Virus record (IMG/VR): IMGVR_UViG_3300033977_000108 | Location: 62,001-126,000 of that record | Length of the DNA stretch: 64,000 nt | Strand: one strand, 5' to 3' | Part shown: one piece after another, positions 50,193-59,840 of the stretch | How positions within the stretch are numbered: the stretch's first letter is position 1 | Layout: the number at the start of each line of letters is the position of its first letter | Made by a program: the position numbers and the translations under genes | The notes under the pieces: model-generated | The model's database searches: none | The model's input: only the letters and a program-made list of their open reading frames with translations | What the model was told of the DNA's origin: nothing

Positions 50193-51448
50193 ATGACATC
50201 GCTATAGATGGAACTTCATCCAGTGCAGGGCTATTGAATACCCAGTTTATAGCCCTGCAATCGCAGGGACAAACTGCTCTCAATAATCTCAACAGCACCA
50301 ACTTGGAGGCGCTGCTGGAGATACAGAGGGGTCTGGCTAGGCTCAACGGCTATCGTTGTCGGGCTAATAGGGTTCTGGCGCCAGGCTTGTCGGCAGCATT
50401 CTATGTATCTGATCTATTGGATACCAACCAGGCTGCTACTACGGCGACCATGCGCGCGGATGCCCAATCTGCCACATTGGCTGAACGCAAGGCGCCAGGT
50501 CAAGTGTCGGTAGCAAGCACTACTTTTTCTACCAATGTTGGCTCAGTGGAGCAGTTCGGAGATTTATACAGGGTAAGCACAACTGACGGCTCTGCTCCTG
50601 TAGGCACCTTTACTATTACTTTGAATGAGCCTTATAGCATCTCTCTCTTGGTTATTGACATCGCACCGACGCCTTCGCTACCGAATATCGCGGTCTCGGT
50701 ATCAGCGGATAACTTGGTATACAATCAAGCTATTAGTTCATCCTTTAGCGGCTATCGGGTGAATGTTCACATCGTGCCACAAGAAGTGAGATACATACAG
50801 ATTGTATTCTCGCCGACGCATCCTGATACCTTGGGAGGTTCAAGCTATACTTTTGGGATTACCGATTTTAGCGCCTTGGCTGTTCAATATCAGCTGGAAT
50901 CGGAATGGTATAGTGTGCCTATTACATTCAATCCAACCTCTGCTAATGTAATGTTCTTGGCGACTGGAGGCGCTAATATTGAATACTACCTGTCTTTTGA
51001 TGGACAGATATGGCAAGGAGTAACTCCTGGACAAGTAATCCCAGTGCCTGGTGCCACAACGAATAGTACTACTATGCCCCTGCTTCTGACCTTGGGCGGG
51101 GAAGCAAATACAAATGGCCAGTTGGATGGTATTTTACCAAGTGATATCTATTTTCCGTCTTTGCAGGTATCATTGAACGGAACAGAACTACCTATTGTGC
51201 TTGGCTTGCCATTGGGCACCAGGGCAACGAATAATGAATACATTATCGTACAGGAATTATCTGTTGCCGGAACAATCGGGTATGCTTTATACTTATTGCC
51301 GTGTACAACTTATAATTTTGGGCAAGTATTCAATGTCTCCTATGATGCCGGACCGGCTGAAATGACAGCCTATTTACGGGTTCAAATGAATACGGAGGAC
51401 AAAGCTATCACGCCGAGTTTTTCTGGAGCATCTTTGGAGAGCGTATAG
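50189..51448 (+). CDS. Virion structural protein (discoidin-like)
   Basis: VSVSADNLVY..PQEVRYIQIVF; YYLSFDGQIW. Confidence 0.6.
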   Translation: MNDIAIDGTSSSAGLLNTQFIALQSQGQTALNNLNSTNLEALLEIQRGLARLNGYRCRANRVLAPGLSAAFYVSDLLDTNQAATTATMRADAQSATLAERKAPGQVSVASTTFSTNVGSVEQFGDLYRVSTTDGSAPVGTFTITLNEPYSISLLVIDIAPTPSLPNIAVSVSADNLVYNQAISSSFSGYRVNVHIVPQEVRYIQIVFSPTHPDTLGGSSYTFGITDFSALAVQYQLESEWYSVPITFNPTSANVMFLATGGANIEYYLSFDGQIWQGVTPGQVIPVPGATTNSTTMPLLLTLGGEANTNGQLDGILPSDIYFPSLQVSLNGTELPIVLGLPLGTRATNNEYIIVQELSVAGTIGYALYLLPCTTYNFGQVFNVSYDAGPAEMTAYLRVQMNTEDKAITPSFSGASLESV

Positions 51449-51457
51449 GAGTGATTT

Positions 51458-52225
51458 ATGGGTGGTCTAGCAACTTTAAATCTAAATACATTGACATTGA
51501 CGAGTACGTTGATGGAAGCACCTTATAATGGTGCGCCATCATCCCAGGATTATAATGATGCCTGGCAAGAAGCCCTTGTAGATTTGTCTACGATTACCGG
51601 GTTCATAAACGATACGCTGATACCCATTTTGAATGCGCTGCCGGCTACCGCGGCTAACGGGCTGACCGGCGCTACAACTATCAGCGACCCAAGCGACCAG
51701 AGTGCCTTGTTTTTCAATGCCCAGTCTAATCAGTCATTGGTGGTATCGGATTCTATGCGTGTCTTATTGGGGCAGCTCAATACACTGAATACCCAGCTCA
51801 CCGACTTGGGTGTACAGGTAACCGCCCTACAAACACAGGTAGGAACTACTAATCAGAACGGGGTTATACAGACTTTACAAGGATTATCACAGACTGTGAG
51901 CACTATTAGTACTACTCTGGCTCAGCTCGGACTTACTGTGACAGCCCAGGGCGTAACCCTAAGTAAGTTCCAGGTCATGCGTGTAAATACTGGTCCTATA
52001 TCACCAGGGCATTCTGCAACGATAAGCTTGGTTTGGAATTCGCCATATCCGACCAACAGCTATACTCCTATCGTAACACTATTAGATTCGACCGGCGAGT
52101 TATATATAACAAGTGTGAGTTATAGTAGTTCAGTTGGAGTAGGACTCACAATAATAGTTACAAATGGGAGTGATGTCCCTGGCGCCGTTACTGGCACTTT
52201 ATGTGCTCTCGCTAAAGGTGATTAA
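51458..52225 (+). CDS. Coiled-coil fibre-like structural protein
   Basis: AGGAG RBS; Gln/Thr heptads, beta-rich C-terminal knob. Confidence 0.6.
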   Translation: MGGLATLNLNTLTLTSTLMEAPYNGAPSSQDYNDAWQEALVDLSTITGFINDTLIPILNALPATAANGLTGATTISDPSDQSALFFNAQSNQSLVVSDSMRVLLGQLNTLNTQLTDLGVQVTALQTQVGTTNQNGVIQTLQGLSQTVSTISTTLAQLGLTVTAQGVTLSKFQVMRVNTGPISPGHSATISLVWNSPYPTNSYTPIVTLLDSTGELYITSVSYSSSVGVGLTIIVTNGSDVPGAVTGTLCALAKGD

Positions 52226-52226
52226 G

Positions 52227-52394
52227 ATGGCTAAGAAGCTGATAACAGGCAAGATCTCAGCAGCTGCCAAGCAGCGAGGCTATAATAAGGCTCAGCCGTT
52301 GTGGTTTACAATGCCGCCTTATATCAAGGTAATCGGGCCCTTATCAGCTCACTTTGAGCCCAAGAGCCAACCACGGACAAAGTTCCATAAATAG
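52227..52394 (+). CDS. 55-aa basic microprotein
   Basis: AAGGTG RBS; MAKKLITGKISAAAKQRG... Confidence 0.5.
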   Translation: MAKKLITGKISAAAKQRGYNKAQPLWFTMPPYIKVIGPLSAHFEPKSQPRTKFHK

Positions 52395-52413
52395 CAAGAA
52401 CCAGAACATAAAA

Positions 52414-52950
52414 ATGACTAACCATGGCTCTATACTTCCTCCGGAGGCCAAGTGGCCGCTTCTTGTGGATTATGCCCACAAGATAGGCGCTAAAGTACTT
52501 ATAGAAACAGGTACTCACAGGGGATATACGGTAGAACACGCACTTCCTTTCTTTAGGGACATTTATTCTATTGAACTGGGCGAGCATCTTTACGAATATT
52601 GTGTCCAGATGTTCGCGGGGCAGGATAACGTACATCTTTTCCAAGGAGATAGCGCTGTTCTTCTTCCTATTGTGCTGGAGCATGTAAATGAGTCAGCAAT
52701 CTTTTGGCTGGATGCCCATTATTCGGGAGGAGATACTGTGCTCGGGCCCAAAGGTAGCGCTATTGGCGGAGAGATAGATGCCATTCTGAAGTGGGGCAGG
52801 GGAGATGCTGCAATACTCATAGATGATATACGAGACTTTGGAGGTGGAGATTATCCTCCTATTGAAGAGATTGGAAAGAAGTTGCTTCTCGCTCATCCTG
52901 ACTGGGTTTTCTATGTAGAGAATGACATAGCCAGAGCGCACAGGTCATAG
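52414..52950 (+). CDS. Class I SAM-dependent methyltransferase (sugar O-methyltransferase-like)
   Basis: LIETGTHRG..SIEL..GDS..FWLDAH..ILIDD. Confidence 0.75.
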   Translation: MTNHGSILPPEAKWPLLVDYAHKIGAKVLIETGTHRGYTVEHALPFFRDIYSIELGEHLYEYCVQMFAGQDNVHLFQGDSAVLLPIVLEHVNESAIFWLDAHYSGGDTVLGPKGSAIGGEIDAILKWGRGDAAILIDDIRDFGGGDYPPIEEIGKKLLLAHPDWVFYVENDIARAHRS

Positions 52951-52967
52951 CCAAGTTGTGGAGGAAA

Positions 52968-53750
52968 ATGAAGCCCGTCATATATTCCGATTTCAATTGG
53001 CAGCCAAAATTGACGGATAGGGACGTTCAAATTGCCATTATGGTGGATTATCGCCCAGAACAAGATGCTTTTTGGGAGGCGCCCATTAGAATATTCGTCC
53101 AAGCCGAACCTCCATGTGTGCGTCCTGATGTACTTGCCCGTTTATCCAAAGAACAGAGTAGATTTACAGCCATTTTAGGTTGGCATTCTTCGCTTCGTGA
53201 CTGCCCGAATGCCAGCTATTTCAATCTCTGTACTGAGACACGTCTCGGAGAGAATTATCAGCCGCTTGCCGATAAAAAGTTTGGTGCTTCTTATTTAATT
53301 AGCACCAAAGCATGGTGCCCAGGCCACATATTCAGGCAAGCTGTCTTTGATGCTGTGGGAAGCTTTGATGGGTTTGAAATTGCCAAATTAAAGAATCTGC
53401 CTTCGCAATACATAGAAAAGGCAGATTTCATCGGCCATTACCAATTTGATATCTCTATTGAAAACGAATTCATCGAGAATTGGTTTACGGATAAGATAAT
53501 TGATGCCTGGGTGGCGAAGGTTGTGCCGATCTATTGTGGGTGCCCGAATCTCGCCGATTTTGGATTTGATACGAGCGGGGTCTTATATTTTTCCAGTATT
53601 GATGATCTAAAAGGGCTTTTGCAACGGATCACTCCGAATACCTATGCTAGCATGTCGGTTGCCATAGAGACCAATTATAACCTGGCGAAGAAATGGATTG
53701 ACCCTTGGCTGCTGGATAAAGAAATAACCAGGATACTGGAGGGAAATTGA
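52968..53750 (+). CDS. GT10 (alpha-1,3-fucosyltransferase-like) glycosyltransferase
   Basis: YQFDISIEN..WFTDKIIDAW..VPIYCG motif; GGAGG RBS. Confidence 0.85.
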   Translation: MKPVIYSDFNWQPKLTDRDVQIAIMVDYRPEQDAFWEAPIRIFVQAEPPCVRPDVLARLSKEQSRFTAILGWHSSLRDCPNASYFNLCTETRLGENYQPLADKKFGASYLISTKAWCPGHIFRQAVFDAVGSFDGFEIAKLKNLPSQYIEKADFIGHYQFDISIENEFIENWFTDKIIDAWVAKVVPIYCGCPNLADFGFDTSGVLYFSSIDDLKGLLQRITPNTYASMSVAIETNYNLAKKWIDPWLLDKEITRILEGN

Positions 53751-54448
53751 ATACATCTCCAGCGAAACCGACTAGGGTGCTCATAGCGATTACCAGCTGC
53801 GACAAAGAACCTTATCTATTTAGGCAGAAGCTTCAGCAAGAGACATGGATACCTATAGCCCAGCAGGCTGGTTATGCCGTTGAGTTCTTTACTGGCAAGC
53901 GTTTAGGTGTCTCGGATGACTATTTGAAACTGCCCCTCAAATTAAGGGCTATGTGCCGTTGGGCAACAGAGCAGAATTATGATTACATGCTCAAAGTAGA
54001 CGATGATACTTATGTGAATGTCGGGGGCTTGAGAATTATAAGGGCAGATTATGCTGGAGTTCCTATACCACCAAATGATTGTGGGGATTATAAGAATTCA
54101 GCTCCGGAACTTAAACCTGGGACTACGAAATATCCCTATTGTCCTGGAGGGGCGATCTGGTTATCAGCGAGAGCGATGAGGTTTATTGCGAATGCGCTGG
54201 TTGAGACGGATTGGGCTGATGATAGATGGGCAGGACAAGTGCTGGGGAAATATAACATAATTATCTGTTCTATGGCAGATAAGATGATTCTGGGTCCTGT
54301 TAATCATGGTATGTTCAACCCAGCAACTTTGCGGCCTCTATTGAAGAAAGAGATTGTAGCTGTTATGCAAGCCGGTGCAGGTGACAGAGGCAAAGACAAT
54401 TTTGTTCTATGCCAGAAATTCTTTGCTGGTGCTTATATATTGAGATGA
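53747..54448 (+). CDS. GT31 (galactosyltransferase/Fringe-like) glycosyltransferase
   Basis: QETW..L..K..YDYMLKVDDDTYV..GGAIWLS..DD. Confidence 0.8.
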   Translation: MNTSPAKPTRVLIAITSCDKEPYLFRQKLQQETWIPIAQQAGYAVEFFTGKRLGVSDDYLKLPLKLRAMCRWATEQNYDYMLKVDDDTYVNVGGLRIIRADYAGVPIPPNDCGDYKNSAPELKPGTTKYPYCPGGAIWLSARAMRFIANALVETDWADDRWAGQVLGKYNIIICSMADKMILGPVNHGMFNPATLRPLLKKEIVAVMQAGAGDRGKDNFVLCQKFFAGAYILR

Positions 54449-54825
54449 AACAAATTCCCAAAGCTTGGCGGCGGCACAACAGAAAGAGAAAGAAATCCAG
54501 TTATGAAGTCATTGTAGAATGCTGGCTAAAGGAACTGGGTGCTCATTATAAGCGGGAAGCGGCAATCGGCCATTGCCACGCTGACTTCCTGATTTATCCC
54601 AGGACACTCGTAGAAGTCAATGGATGCTACTGGCACAAGTGCCTAAAGTGCTTTCCAAAGCCGACTAAGAAGCAGGAAGCGCAGAGAATCAGAGATTTCT
54701 ACCGCTATCAGTTCTTCCAAAAGAAAGGCTATAGAGTAGTGGTTATACGAGGGCACGAGATAGATGAAGACCCATTGGGAGTAAAAGAACACATTAAGAA
54801 ATTGTGCTCGTCTTTGGATGAGTGA
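54445..54825 (+). CDS. Vsr/DUF559-like PD-(D/E)xK endonuclease
   Basis: ADF..VEVNGCYWH.C..RD..GYRVVVI..E; ATGA-coupled. Confidence 0.8.
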   Translation: MKQIPKAWRRHNRKRKKSSYEVIVECWLKELGAHYKREAAIGHCHADFLIYPRTLVEVNGCYWHKCLKCFPKPTKKQEAQRIRDFYRYQFFQKKGYRVVVIRGHEIDEDPLGVKEHIKKLCSSLDE

Positions 54826-54827
54826 TT

Positions 54828-55730
54828 ATGGCTTTCGCATCAGGAAATGTAGGACCTAACATTGGGGGCGGATTGCTTGCCGGGCAGAACGATGCTACAG
54901 GCGGGCAGAATTCAGCCCTTTGGGGCGTCCCAATTGCCGCCGCCGCTGGTGGACTGGGTTATTGGGCGTGGAAGCGCTACCCAAGAGAAACCGCACAAAT
55001 GCCTTTATTCCCAAGAGGCGAGCTGCCGGAACGCAGTATGTTAGGCGCCATGGGAAGAGATATAGACCGGGCCTGGGCGTATGTCGGCAGTCGTATGTCC
55101 AGGACTATCGGCGACTTACGCTATAATATGGGCCGGCACCCACAGCAACTGGAACTGCCTTTTGGTGCTGCTGCGGCACGCAATGCGCGCGGTGTAGGAA
55201 GTTGGATAGGAAGAGCCAAGGCATGGGGAGGGAATCTTCGCACAGGCGCGATATGGGGCGTACCCGATATTATGAGGGGACGGCCTATTCGCGGGCTCAG
55301 CCGTGTAGGCCGAGGTATAGGGTCTGGTTGGAAGATGGGTTTTGGTTCCGGCTGGGCGGGCTGGGGATTTGGATTAGTGGCTGGCGGGGTAGGTGCTGGT
55401 TTAGCACCTCGGGGTCATAGAGTAAGCACCTTTGCCGGCGCAACAATGGGCTGGATGCTAGGAGCGCTTATAGGCGGCGCCATTGCCGGTCCTGTGGGTG
55501 CCACTGTTGGTATGTTTGTTGGAACCACGGCGTTAGAAGGTGTAATAGCCAAGCCTATACAATTCCTGCACGATTATGCTACGATGACCAGACATTTGGG
55601 CATGGGTGGTTGGTATGAGGATACCTATCCGGCTTATACTATGCGACAGCGGGCAGTAAGAGAGATGTCGGCTAGCCTACTCAATGCCCGACAATATTTG
55701 GGCCGCGAAGCTCTCCTTTTACATCAATGA
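54828..55730 (+). CDS. Gly-rich membrane protein with glycine zippers
   Basis: GATMGWMLGALIGGAIAGPVGATVG; C-terminal TMRQRA..NARQYLGREA. Confidence 0.65.
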   Translation: MAFASGNVGPNIGGGLLAGQNDATGGQNSALWGVPIAAAAGGLGYWAWKRYPRETAQMPLFPRGELPERSMLGAMGRDIDRAWAYVGSRMSRTIGDLRYNMGRHPQQLELPFGAAAARNARGVGSWIGRAKAWGGNLRTGAIWGVPDIMRGRPIRGLSRVGRGIGSGWKMGFGSGWAGWGFGLVAGGVGAGLAPRGHRVSTFAGATMGWMLGALIGGAIAGPVGATVGMFVGTTALEGVIAKPIQFLHDYATMTRHLGMGGWYEDTYPAYTMRQRAVREMSASLLNARQYLGREALLLHQ

Positions 55731-55738
55731 GTTAGCAC

Positions 55739-55768
55739 TTGACAGCTTTGCGTAGTTTATAATACACT
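55739..55768 (+). promoter_or_regulatory. Sigma70-like promoter of the HNH gene
   Basis: TTGACA (55739)-18 nt-TACACT (55763); GGGAGG RBS follows. Confidence 0.5.
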
Positions 55769-55784
55769 AACATCGGGAGGAACT

Positions 55785-56519
55785 ATGGCAAAGCTAATAA
55801 ATTTGCTTGGGCAGCGTTTTGGCAGACTTGTTGTAGTAGAGCGGATGAGACAAAATAAGAGAGATAGGCCGGCATGGCGATGCTTGTGTGATTGTGGGGT
55901 TGAAACAATCATTGAAGGCGAAAATCTTAGATATGGCCATACAAAAAGCTGCGGTTGTTTAATACCAAATTTCATAGATCTGACTGGACAACGTTTTGGT
56001 AAATTGGTTGTTTTAGAGATGGCTGATAGGAACAAATTTCATCATATTCTATGGAAATGTAAATGTGATTGTGGAATGCTAAAATCTGTTTCTACGACCG
56101 TGCTAAGGAATGGAAAAACTATCAGTTGTGGCTGCGCTCATAAAGAAGCCATGGTTGCTCTTAGTAAGCAGTATCGTGAAGCTCATGGCTGTATTAGTGA
56201 AACCTATGAATATAAGATATGGCAATCGGCAAAACATAGGGCAAAGCGTGATAATCTACCGTTTAATATCTTGCCATCCGATATCATAATCCCTAAATTA
56301 TGCCCGGTTCTCGGTATTGAGTTGAAAAGGAATGGGCGAGAAGCAAAAGGTGATAGTCCATCTATGGATAAGATAATCCCACAACGAGGCTATGTTAAAG
56401 GAAATATCAGGATTATCAGCTTTAGAGCCAATTCTATAAAGAGGGACGCTACGGCTGAAGAGCTTAGAAAAGTGGCCGACGATGCAGCAAAACAGGAAGC
56501 TATGCTATTTCATCAATAG
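55785..56519 (+). CDS. Free-standing HNH-type homing endonuclease
   Basis: Two (N/D)L.GQRFG.LVV..W.C.CDCG..SCGC repeats; CPVLG..SMDKI..GYVKGNIRIISFRAN. Confidence 0.88.
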   Translation: MAKLINLLGQRFGRLVVVERMRQNKRDRPAWRCLCDCGVETIIEGENLRYGHTKSCGCLIPNFIDLTGQRFGKLVVLEMADRNKFHHILWKCKCDCGMLKSVSTTVLRNGKTISCGCAHKEAMVALSKQYREAHGCISETYEYKIWQSAKHRAKRDNLPFNILPSDIIIPKLCPVLGIELKRNGREAKGDSPSMDKIIPQRGYVKGNIRIISFRANSIKRDATAEELRKVADDAAKQEAMLFHQ

Positions 56520-56528
56520 GGAGTATCT

Positions 56529-56774
56529 ATGGCTGATATTACATATGGAGGGCTGGATTTAACGCTTTTAGAAGGACGTGTGAATCAATTAGATGGGGCG
56601 GGCCTGCCCGCTGGACAAACATCGGACATCGCCGCCTTACAAAAGCAAATCAATGGCCTGAAGACTACAATGAATAATCTTACCCTAACCTTTGAGCAGC
56701 AATTACAGGCTCTCACCAAACAGGTAGCCAATCTAACCATCCTAGTCAATACGATAACAGGAACCAACTCCTAG
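56529..56774 (+). CDS. Small coiled-coil protein
   Basis: GGGAG RBS; heptad pattern. Confidence 0.6.
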   Translation: MADITYGGLDLTLLEGRVNQLDGAGLPAGQTSDIAALQKQINGLKTTMNNLTLTFEQQLQALTKQVANLTILVNTITGTNS

Positions 56775-56956
56775 GGAATATACCGGTCCGTGGAAACAAA
56801 TAGGTGTATCTCCCAATCGTATGACTCATGCAAATGCGTAATGACTTTAGGCGGGTGCAGCCAATAAAGCAGCATGGTGCTCCAGGCAATCTTATCCCTC
56901 CTGTAGTTCTGTCCATAATCAAATAATCTGGGCTTATTGTCCGTGTTTTTAGGCAT
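56771..56956 (-). CDS. Hypothetical 61-aa protein
   Basis: TAATG-coupled to the GT gene; converges with the + strand gene at CTAG. Confidence 0.5.
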   Translation of the reverse strand: MPKNTDNKPRLFDYGQNYRRDKIAWSTMLLYWLHPPKVITHLHESYDWEIHLFVSTDRYIP

Positions 56957-58440
56957 TATTGTCTCTTCAAGATACCATTTTCAAAGTGTCGGGAGCGTCC
57001 TGGGATTAGAGGCGCTGCCGCTGCTGACTTCTGTACCGTTCGGCGCTGAATAGGCCTCTGGATAGGCCTCTGGTGCGGCAGAATTGGCTTCCTGACGGGG
57101 TTCGGGATACTGGTTAGGGTCTGAGGTATAGGCTTTTTATAGCTTTTACTCCTGGGTTTCTGCGTTTCGGTCCTATCTGTCCTGAAATCATAGATATACA
57201 GAGGTTCTTCTATCGTATAGCCGGTCTTCAAAACGCCGTCCTTTGTCATTAGATGCCAGCGTTCGGAGTCTTCACTCATGCTTTTGGCAGGAAATCTGTA
57301 CTGGCGGGCGATTGTGGCACGCGTAGGGCATAAATGATTGGGCTCGCGGATTTGAAATACATCGCTCAAGTCTGTATCTTGTTTGTATTCAATGGCAAAG
57401 CGGGAAATCCTGGGATGCTTCAAGTCCAACATAGTAAGTTGAAGGAAGCAGATGACGTCTACATCTTTCTCTGCGGCGGCCACCAGCTTGGCTACATAGT
57501 CGGCCGTAATCTTATCATCGTCATCAATGTAGCATAGATATTTCCCTCTGGCTATGTCCATCAATTCATTGCGTTTAGTACCTACATCCTTTTCCAGATT
57601 ATCAATGTTATACAGTATTTCAACATCGTCTGGGTTGGGCAAGTCAAACACCTGGGCGTATAACCCAGCCAATAAATCCACCAATAGCTGATGCCGGCTT
57701 TCAATCGAACAGATTAGAATGCTCAAAATAGGGTCTTTGATATCGAAGTTCTTAGCCCGCCGTTTGTTAAAAAGCTCTCCATCTACACCATAATAGGTCT
57801 CATTCCTTTGCATCAGCTCATCCCATTGGGCGCCGGTGAAAATCGGATGCAAATGCTTGACCAAGCACTTCCCTGAAGCCCTGCTCCATTCGGGTACCTC
57901 GGTGAATTTATGCAGCATTTTATGTACTTCACCATTCTCTGTGTCGCCGTATAAAGAAACATAGGCAGGAGAAAAGAAGTAGTTGAAACGACGATACAGA
58001 TTATAGCCGATAATGCAAAGGGTCGGCATGCTATCCGGCCGGAAGCCATCCCAATAGTATAAACTACCATCCAGCCCTGGATAATACTTATCCATGTCTG
58101 TCGCTATGATGTCGTCATAATCTTTTACCTGCGGCCACATATCGTCGGCGGCTACGATGGCAATGTCAAACCTGCGGCCGTGCATCCCTATATTGCAGGC
58201 CTCATGCTTGCAGCGGGCATGGACTATCATAAACTCTACATTGGCGCCATTGCTGGTGTATTTATGGCTGGTGCCCGCGCTAAAAAGATCCAAAGCGGTC
58301 TGTAAGGTTGGGTCATCATCATCAAGATTGACAAGGAAGTTCACATTATGCTTGCCAGAGAGCAGGGAAATCCAAGTGTCCAAACATTCCTTGAATTGTG
58401 TCGGGCGGGAGCGGGTTGGGAATTTGATTAGTATTTCCAT
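56956..58440 (-). CDS. Tandem GT2-like glycosyltransferase with basic tail
   Basis: ILIKFPTRSRP..AADDM; ILSILICS..KRNEL..GKYLCYIDDDD..SED. Confidence 0.85.
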   Translation of the reverse strand: MEILIKFPTRSRPTQFKECLDTWISLLSGKHNVNFLVNLDDDDPTLQTALDLFSAGTSHKYTSNGANVEFMIVHARCKHEACNIGMHGRRFDIAIVAADDMWPQVKDYDDIIATDMDKYYPGLDGSLYYWDGFRPDSMPTLCIIGYNLYRRFNYFFSPAYVSLYGDTENGEVHKMLHKFTEVPEWSRASGKCLVKHLHPIFTGAQWDELMQRNETYYGVDGELFNKRRAKNFDIKDPILSILICSIESRHQLLVDLLAGLYAQVFDLPNPDDVEILYNIDNLEKDVGTKRNELMDIARGKYLCYIDDDDKITADYVAKLVAAAEKDVDVICFLQLTMLDLKHPRISRFAIEYKQDTDLSDVFQIREPNHLCPTRATIARQYRFPAKSMSEDSERWHLMTKDGVLKTGYTIEEPLYIYDFRTDRTETQKPRSKSYKKPIPQTLTSIPNPVRKPILPHQRPIQRPIQRRTVQKSAAAAPLIPGRSRHFENGILKRQ

Positions 58441-59840
58441 CAGATTGATGTATAGAACTCGTGCATCTTCTCGGGCGTCACATAATGCGTGCTGATGATG
58501 TCATTATCCTTCGTGGGGTAGGCATCAGAAATAGAAGACTGATAGCGCGTATCCCAGTGTAAGAAAATCTTGTGCTGTGCCAATAGGCGGCTGACTGCTG
58601 TGTCTTCTGGTTGCAGACCGCCTTCAAAGATTGTAAACTCTTCCAAGGAATGGGATAGAATGGCTTTCATTGCTGCCCGGCTTAGCCAATAACCAGCGCC
58701 GCCGGAAGCAAATGGCACATCGCCGGACCTGTGCTCCGCATTTAGTTCCCGCCCTACATAGTCATAACAAACATAATCCGAATACAAAAGCCTATCGGGC
58801 ACTGCATAGGTGTCGGTGTCGCATTTGAAAAGATAGGTATAGCCTTGTTTATAGGCCCAATCAATCAGAGCATAAACCTTGTGGCATAGATGGTCATAAT
58901 CGCCAGGCACATCCAGGTATACTTCATTCGGCTTTGTTGTTGGCTGGTCGCCGGCCCCAAAGAAGAAGCGTACATCTACATTGGGAAGATTGCCTAACCA
59001 GGTTTCCTGTTGGGCCTTCTGAGATTCCCTGTTCTTATCACAGGCTGGGACAGCGACTAATATCTTTTCATCAGGCACTGCCAGTTTATACCAGCGGTCG
59101 GGTATAATGTCTTTGGCGTCGATGTCTTTGATTGCAAACCATTTATCTGGGGCTATGCGCAACCCAGTGTATTGGGATAGCCACGAGCCCCACCAAGAAT
59201 AGCTACTATTTGTGATAATCGCATGGCGGCATAAAGTCATCAATCGCAGATGCACGTATTTATCCCCGGGGACTACTACCCCGTCAAACTGGGACAATCC
59301 ATTCCAACCTGGTTCATCGGTGAAGATGTAGAACTTGGGATTCTGCACTTTCTGCTGAATCAGACTACACGCCGCGCGATACCAAGACAAAGGCATCAAT
59401 CCATGGATTTTCATCACATCGCTTCGTAGATAATCACCCCGGCGGATAGATACAGCTACGGATTCGCTATTGCTTATCTCTTTGGCCAGGTCAGGTGGCC
59501 TTATCTGATAACGAAAAGCAAGGTGCCGCCTGATAACGGGTTCTATCGCCGCAAAATACTTCTCGGATTGCCAATAACCATCAAAGCAATTATTGTCCCC
59601 TGCTTCAAGAAATGAGGGATTGAATGTAAAAGCATCCTCTGTTTTCGTGATGGGGATAGCATGGCTTATAGTGGAAGCCTTGATCATGAAATGCTGGAGA
59701 TCGTATGTTCTGCCAGAACTATCAGGATAGGTAGAAGTATCTAATAGCAAAGATGTTTTATACCGCTGGGCAAGAGCGGTGCCAAAGGCGTACTGGAACA
59801 TCTGATTCCCGAGACCACCTCTGAGTTTTATAGTAATCAT
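58440..59840 (-). CDS. GT11 (alpha-1,2-fucosyltransferase-like) fused to a GT31-like domain
   Basis: GGLGNQMFQYA, GYWQSEKYF, IRRGDY, NSSYSWW; then FKCDTDTY..SGGAGYWLS..ED. Confidence 0.9.
   Translation of the reverse strand: MITIKLRGGLGNQMFQYAFGTALAQRYKTSLLLDTSTYPDSSGRTYDLQHFMIKASTISHAIPITKTEDAFTFNPSFLEAGDNNCFDGYWQSEKYFAAIEPVIRRHLAFRYQIRPPDLAKEISNSESVAVSIRRGDYLRSDVMKIHGLMPLSWYRAACSLIQQKVQNPKFYIFTDEPGWNGLSQFDGVVVPGDKYVHLRLMTLCRHAIITNSSYSWWGSWLSQYTGLRIAPDKWFAIKDIDAKDIIPDRWYKLAVPDEKILVAVPACDKNRESQKAQQETWLGNLPNVDVRFFFGAGDQPTTKPNEVYLDVPGDYDHLCHKVYALIDWAYKQGYTYLFKCDTDTYAVPDRLLYSDYVCYDYVGRELNAEHRSGDVPFASGGAGYWLSRAAMKAILSHSLEEFTIFEGGLQPEDTAVSRLLAQHKIFLHWDTRYQSSISDAYPTKDNDIISTHYVTPEKMHEFYTSI

Noticed and set aside
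54995-55165. QMPLF/QLELPF resembling sliding-clamp-binding motifs
   Set aside because: Short, degenerate and in a probable membrane protein; no supporting context.
55739-55763. Perfect TTGACA and TATAAT as a promoter pair
   Set aside because: The spacer is only 13 nt; TACACT at 18 nt is the plausible -10 partner.
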